Position numbers and translations under genes: made by a program | In this document: piece after piece, positions 59,427 to 64,000 of the stretch | Position numbering within the stretch: position 1 is the stretch's first letter | Layout: each line of letters opens with the position of its first letter | DNA from: an uncultured Eubacteriales bacterium | Lineage (GTDB): Bacteria > Bacillota > Clostridia > Christensenellales > UBA1242 | Direction of reading: 5' to 3' | DNA: 64,000 bases | NCBI GenBank assembly: GCA_902496015.1 | Contig: CABUZJ010000005.1 | Location: forward strand, 17,303-81,302 | Notes under the pieces: model-generated | Databases searched by the model: none | Told to the model about the DNA's origin: nothing | Seen by the model: the letters and a program-made list of their open reading frames with translations, nothing else

Positions 59427-59460
59427 AATGCTGGGTTATAAAATCTACCCAGCATTTAAA
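59427..59460. terminator. Bidirectional terminator (tRNA-Arg on plus strand / MazG-like gene on minus strand)
   Basis: 10-bp stem AATGCTGGGT / ACCCAGCATT. Confidence 0.8.
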
Positions 59461-59467
59461 ATGTTTT

Positions 59468-59800
59468 TTATTTATTTTGGCATATAACTTTTTGTAAAAA
59501 AATTTTTTTATCGAAGGCTCCGCGTTTTTCGGCTTTATGATCAGCAATACAAATAACTTCTTCTAAATTAGAATTTTCTAATTTAGCCAAAGCACAAAGG
59601 ATTTCTAATACATCTGCTAATTCTTCAATCCTTTCTTTCCCAGTTGCATCAATTACTTCTTGACATTCTTCTTTTAATTTCTTTTCTAATTCTAATTTAA
59701 AATCTTTTATATTTAATATTTTTGTAATCGGTTTTTCGCCTTTTGATATAATGATTTCAGGTATTTTATCTCTTACTAATTTATTATAAATTCTTTCCAT
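59468..59800 (-). CDS. All-alpha NTP pyrophosphohydrolase (MazG / PRA-PH-like) small protein
   Basis: N-terminal YNKLVRDKIPEII and EExxDVLE acidic motif (EELADVLEIL). Confidence 0.7.
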   Translation of the reverse strand: MERIYNKLVRDKIPEIIISKGEKPITKILNIKDFKLELEKKLKEECQEVIDATGKERIEELADVLEILCALAKLENSNLEEVICIADHKAEKRGAFDKKIFLQKVICQNK

Positions 59801-59855
59801 ATTTATCTCCTTCTTTACTAATAGATAACTATTTTAGCAATATGGATTAGGTAAT

Positions 59856-60425
59856 TTATGCAATGAATTGGCGCCAATCTACTATTATTTCAATGTATTC
59901 GCCACCTGCTTCAAGAGCATCTGCATCATTGTTTTCTTCTGGCCAAACTATGTTAAGGGTATAACTATCTAATTGTTGTATGCTATGTTTTAAGGTACTT
60001 TGAGTGCCTGTGTAGACACTGAAAGTTGTATCTTGTTCTTGGGCTAGTGTTAAAGGAATTTGACTTATAGTTCCATCGCTATTTTTAGATAAAGTGAAAT
60101 TTAATGGTAACAGGGCAGAAGTTCTTATTTTTATTGTGTATGTTATTGCAATTTCGTTAACTGCGTTTAAGTCATTATAATTTCTTATATCAAAATTTAC
60201 AACCCGTTCATCACCAGGTTTCCAATCGGTTAATACAACAATACCATCATTATCGTCTGCAAAATTTATGATTGCATTAGAAACATTATTAACAATGTTA
60301 CTTTTTATTGTTGAAGTGAATTTGGCTGATGTAACGGCCATTATTGCGGTAACAAAAAATACAGCCACTAAAACTACATATAGTAACTTATCGATAATGT
60401 TTGTTGCCGTTAATTTATTATTCAT
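59856..60425 (-). CDS. Small exported protein, TasA/camelysin (M73)-like candidate
   Basis: Signal/anchor ...VTAIMAVTSAKFTSTIKS resembles the SipW-type ...GGTWAAFNDIKSK. DWKPGDERVVNFDIRNYN resembles the TasA LKPGD...F.F.N.G strand. Beta-rich, 189 aa. Confidence 0.4.
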   Translation of the reverse strand: MNNKLTATNIIDKLLYVVLVAVFFVTAIMAVTSAKFTSTIKSNIVNNVSNAIINFADDNDGIVVLTDWKPGDERVVNFDIRNYNDLNAVNEIAITYTIKIRTSALLPLNFTLSKNSDGTISQIPLTLAQEQDTTFSVYTGTQSTLKHSIQQLDSYTLNIVWPEENNDADALEAGGEYIEIIVDWRQFIA

Positions 60426-61171
60426 GTTTTTTCCCGTTTTAAATTAGTATCTCAATAATTATAATAAATAATACTAATAAATTTGTCAACAAAATTAGTA
60501 ACATGTTGACAATGTTCGAGATTTTATTTAAAAATTATTCATAGTGAGCAATAATCTCAATCATTGAAAGTTAATCAATGCATATAATAAAGTTTATAAA
60601 GCAATTATATGAAAAGTTTCAAAAACAAAAATATATTAGTTTGATGGGGCTAAGAAAACTATCAAAATTTTTAAAAATTGACAAAATTTAATATTTTTTG
60701 CCTAAATTTACAATATTTTTTTGTAATTTTGCATATTTTATATGTAATATCTGCGACGGTTTTTTATTTTTAAAAGTTTAACACTGATTAAAGATTTTAT
60801 TAAATTTTTACCTTTTTATTGCAAAAAGAGTGTTAATGACTGTTTTTACTGAGCAGTTGTTAATTCATATGAAAGTTGCATAAAAAAGTTAATTTGTTGT
60901 TTTTGTTTATAAAATTAAAAAATTTTTTTGAACTATTTTTGGGTTTTGTTGGGGGTTTTGGGGTAGGCAAAATAGTGTATTTTTTTGTAAAAAAATATCG
61001 TTATTTTGTTGTTTTTTGTTTGCCAAAAGATTACCATATATTATATAATTATTCATGACTAGAAATAGTTGTTATTCCATACACTATTTAAAAATTAATC
61101 TAACCATGTGTGTGGTTTGGTTCGTGCGATAATTCTTTATTAGGTATGTGCGAGAAGGTGGAAAAAACAAA

Positions 61172-64000
61172 ATGGGAAATAAATTACAACCTGATTTGCT
61201 AAATAAGTCTAGAAGTTTTAACGGCTGGTTTAAACTTCTTTTATGCCAATTATTTGCAATGGTAATGTTTTCTTCAATTACCTTTGCTATTTTTATGGGC
61301 AATGTTACCATTGATGGCGAGCAAACCACTATTAGTTGGTGTTTTGGAAGTGACAAACTTAGTAAAGATGGCAATGAGTATACTATTGGTTGGTTAGGCA
61401 AGGAAGACTTTGTGTTTGATTTTAATGTTTTTGCCTATGAAAATGAATACACAACCGATATTGATGTTACTTATAATGTTTCTGTTAATTTAAAAAGTGA
61501 TACTTCTGTTCCCGAAGGTGTTACAGCAATTGTTGATAGTGCATCGGGCAGTATTCCAAAGAACACTAGACAAGAAAATAAACATACTGTGACCCTTAGT
61601 TACGAGGGTAGTAGTCCACTTAGAAACCAAAATTTTGATATTGAAGTAATTGTTGAAACCACTTGTGAAGTTAAAAGCACATTGAAACTTACTTATCATG
61701 TGCAGGTTCCTGCCCTTGTTACATATCAAACTATGGATAAGGCTGGTCAAGATGTTGTTAATGTGCAACTTCAAACATATGAAAGTTCAACTGGTTATAT
61801 AAACTTTGAATATAGTTGGGATAGTAGTTTAGTTATGCCTACTTTTACAGGCATCACTGAAAGCGCAAGAATAACTGGCCCTAATTCAATGGTTTTAACA
61901 TTGGAAAATAACACTGTTTATGTTATTGAATTATATAAATTTAATACAAATGCTGATTATACTGATGCAGATATTGGAACTAGTGCTTATCAAACCGAAG
62001 CGCATTTAGTTACTTTTGATGCCAATCCTGGTGATGGGATAACTGAGCCAATAATTCAAGGATTAAACCCTAAAAATGGCATTTATCAAGCAGGGTTTAC
62101 TAATGGCATGGCATTTGAGGGGCTACCAACTGCAAAAAGACAAGATTACACTTTCTTAGGATGGTTTACAACGCCTGAAACAGGTGGAACACAAATTGAA
62201 GCGGATACTATTTGCAATTTAAGCGAAAATATTACCCTTTATGCTAGGTGGCAAATTAATGCCATTATGATTACTTTTGATGGTAATGATTCTAATGCTT
62301 CTTCTAGTTGGACATTGGGTTCTTATAATCTTGCGAATTATTTTAATAATGTTAGTGCATCTAGCACTTCAATTAACACTTATGCAAAACCACAATATAC
62401 TATTAGTGAAATTTCTAAATCTATTTCAGGTCCATTTACTAAACTTGATATTTTACCAACACCTGTTAGAACTGGATATAACTTTTTAGGTTGGTTTACT
62501 TCTAAAACTGGTGGCACACAAGTTAATGCAAATACAATTTTAACGCAAACTTCTGCGGTTACTTATTATGCGCATTGGGAAGCACAAGTTTATAATATTA
62601 CTTACCTTGACAAAGGTGGGCTTGCTTTTAGTGGAGTTCATGAAACGGGTTATCCAACTACTCACACTTATGATACTACTACTACTCTTAAAGGGGCTAC
62701 CAAAACTGGTTATACTTTTGGTGGGTGGTTTATTGATGTTAATTGTGCTACCACAGAAATAAGCACGCTTGGTGCAAAAGAATATACCGCTGATATTACT
62801 TTATATGCTAAATGGAATGCTAATAATTATAATATTATATATAAAGATCAAGGTGGAGCGGAATTTAGTGGAGAACATGAAGAAAATTATCCAACCACGC
62901 ACACCTATGGCACAGAAACTGAACTTAAAGGCGCAACTAAGGCGGGTTATGACTTTGGTGGGTGGTTTATAAATTCAAACTGCACTGGCACGGCAATAAC
63001 CACACTAGGTGCAACTGAATATACCGCAGATATAACTTTATATGCTAAGTGGATAGTTCAAACTTACACTATAACTTATTTTGACCAAGGTGGTGCGGAA
63101 TTTAGTGGAGAACATGAAGAAAATTATCCAACCACACACACTTATGGCACGGAAACTGAACTTAAAGGCGCAACTAAAACGGGTTACACTTTTGATGGCT
63201 GGTTTATAGATTCAAATTGTTCTGGAATGGCAATAACCACACTAGGTGCAACAGATTTCACTGCCAATATTAATCTTTATGCTAAGTGGAGTATTAATAG
63301 TTACACATTAACTTTGATTAATGGAACAACAGCTGGTATTAGCAATGTTGTGGGGGCAGGAGAATATCAATTTGGTGCTAGTGTTACTGCCACTGCAAAC
63401 TTAAATAATGGATATACATTTAATAAATGGACATCAAATAACACTGAATTGCTTTCTGACAGCACTAATAGTAGTTATACTTTTAACATGCCAGCGGGAG
63501 ATATTATTTTAACTGCAACAGCAACAGCAAATACTTATAAACTGGTATATAATTCTAATGGTGGCACAAATGTGCAAACTAAAAATAAAGTGTATAACAC
63601 TGCATTTACAGCAGAAGATTTACCAACAATAACTAGGGCAGGTTGGACTTTTGGTGGTTGGTTTGCAACAAGTGCATTTACAGGAACCGCGCTTTATGTA
63701 GGCAAGTTATTTAATAGTTCAACTGCAACTTTTGCCGATATTTCGACAAGTAGCACAAATGCAACCATTTATGCTAAATGGACAGAAACAGAGTATACTT
63801 TAACATATGTTTTGAATGGTGGAAATGTTAGCGGGTCAACTGCTAATTTAACTGAAACTTATACAATTAATACTAATTTAACCATTAAATCTGCCCCAAC
63901 AAGAAATGGTTGGACCTTTGTTAATTGGTTAGTTACTGAAGCTGAGGGGAATTGGACTGAGAACGATACATTTATTGGTGGACAAATAGTTGGCACTGGT
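61172..64000 (+). CDS. Second giant surface repeat protein with its C-terminus outside the window (943 codons visible). N-terminal TM anchor, unique beta-rich domain of about 270 aa, then InlB B-repeat (Flg_new-like) modules
   Basis: Frame 2 is open from ATG 61172 to the window end by my own translation (not in the ORF track because no stop is reached). AAGGTGG RBS. Repeated GY(T/D)F(G/D)GWF...LYAKW modules. Confidence 0.85.
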   Translation, partial: MGNKLQPDLLNKSRSFNGWFKLLLCQLFAMVMFSSITFAIFMGNVTIDGEQTTISWCFGSDKLSKDGNEYTIGWLGKEDFVFDFNVFAYENEYTTDIDVTYNVSVNLKSDTSVPEGVTAIVDSASGSIPKNTRQENKHTVTLSYEGSSPLRNQNFDIEVIVETTCEVKSTLKLTYHVQVPALVTYQTMDKAGQDVVNVQLQTYESSTGYINFEYSWDSSLVMPTFTGITESARITGPNSMVLTLENNTVYVIELYKFNTNADYTDADIGTSAYQTEAHLVTFDANPGDGITEPIIQGLNPKNGIYQAGFTNGMAFEGLPTAKRQDYTFLGWFTTPETGGTQIEADTICNLSENITLYARWQINAIMITFDGNDSNASSSWTLGSYNLANYFNNVSASSTSINTYAKPQYTISEISKSISGPFTKLDILPTPVRTGYNFLGWFTSKTGGTQVNANTILTQTSAVTYYAHWEAQVYNITYLDKGGLAFSGVHETGYPTTHTYDTTTTLKGATKTGYTFGGWFIDVNCATTEISTLGAKEYTADITLYAKWNANNYNIIYKDQGGAEFSGEHEENYPTTHTYGTETELKGATKAGYDFGGWFINSNCTGTAITTLGATEYTADITLYAKWIVQTYTITYFDQGGAEFSGEHEENYPTTHTYGTETELKGATKTGYTFDGWFIDSNCSGMAITTLGATDFTANINLYAKWSINSYTLTLINGTTAGISNVVGAGEYQFGASVTATANLNNGYTFNKWTSNNTELLSDSTNSSYTFNMPAGDIILTATATANTYKLVYNSNGGTNVQTKNKVYNTAFTAEDLPTITRAGWTFGGWFATSAFTGTALYVGKLFNSSTATFADISTSSTNATIYAKWTETEYTLTYVLNGGNVSGSTANLTETYTINTNLTIKSAPTRNGWTFVNWLVTEAEGNWTENDTFIGGQIVGTG
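62591..63301 (+). repeat. Three in-frame tandem 237-bp (79-codon) units inside the giant ORF
   Basis: Unit starts at 62591, 62828 and 63065. Units 2 and 3 share 85/89 identical nt over 62852-62940 vs 63089-63177 by manual count. Confidence 0.85.

Noticed and set aside
60876-61058. 60-aa ORF in the long intergenic region upstream of the giant ORF
   Set aside because: It has a TTG start with no RBS, its sequence is dominated by F/L/K from T-rich DNA, and it overlaps the G-tract. It is most likely non-coding.
61084-62972. Track ORFs 61084-61401(-), 61490-61774(-), 62277-62489(+), 62568-62762(+) and 62769-62972(+)
   Set aside because: All lie inside the long frame-2 ORF that starts at 61172 and runs off the window. 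That ORF encodes recognisable InlB-B-repeat modules, and the track omits it only because it has no stop.
62591-63301. Regular 237-bp periodicity considered as a CRISPR-like or satellite array
   Set aside because: The units are in frame within a continuous ORF and encode a known protein module. There are no short repeats with unique spacers.
1-64000. Searched for mobile elements, prophage genes, toxin-antitoxin pairs, restriction-modification genes, CRISPR-Cas, reverse transcriptases or other known defence modules
   Set aside because: None were recognised by motif. RecD2, RadC, the HD hydrolase and the MazG-like protein occur here as isolated housekeeping-type genes, without the partner genes that define known defence systems.

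Overview
AT-rich chromosomal segment of Firmicutes type that uses the standard genetic code (TGA is a stop, e.g. at rplI). I recognise no transposase, integrase, CRISPR array or known defence gene. The core (about 23.3-45.6 kb) is the conserved housekeeping 'rif' neighbourhood: rpmG-secE-nusG-rplK-rplA, an L10 leader with rplJ-rplL, rpoB-rpoC, gltX (minus strand), mrnC-rlmB-sigH-like and dnaX-ybaB-recR. Compared with the Bacillus subtilis order this cluster is broken up by orphan genes and rearranged. The left arm holds the 3' 7.7 kb of a giant InlB-B-repeat surface protein, orphan lipoproteins and an NrdR-box-controlled class III ribonucleotide reductase operon. In that operon NrdD carries a C-terminal thioredoxin-fold (CPNC) domain and is translationally coupled (TAATG) to a TrxR-like flavoprotein that lacks the NADPH-specifying HRRxxxR motif. 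The left arm also holds an XRE/zinc-ribbon regulator, a PAP2 phosphatase, radC, an unlinked nrdG, a GT4 glycosyltransferase, a Wzy/O-antigen-ligase-like protein and comFC. The right arm holds typA, an RsmB/F-like methyltransferase, an SDR, a MarR regulator, a GNAT, recD2 and yabP-yabQ-[signal-less DUF11 protein, opposite strand]-divIC. It continues with initiator tRNA-Met, tRNA-Arg(ACG) behind a roughly 100-nt structured leader, a MazG-like protein and a TasA/camelysin-like small exported protein. That last gene is divergent from a second giant InlB-B-repeat ORF, which runs off the 3' edge and contains three tandem 237-bp units. A recurrent sequence-level theme is near-consensus sigma70 promoters (TTGACx-17-TAxxAT) placed 6-7 nt from an ATG that has no Shine-Dalgarno, which suggests several leaderless mRNAs. 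All functional calls rest on motif recognition by eye; no database search was possible.
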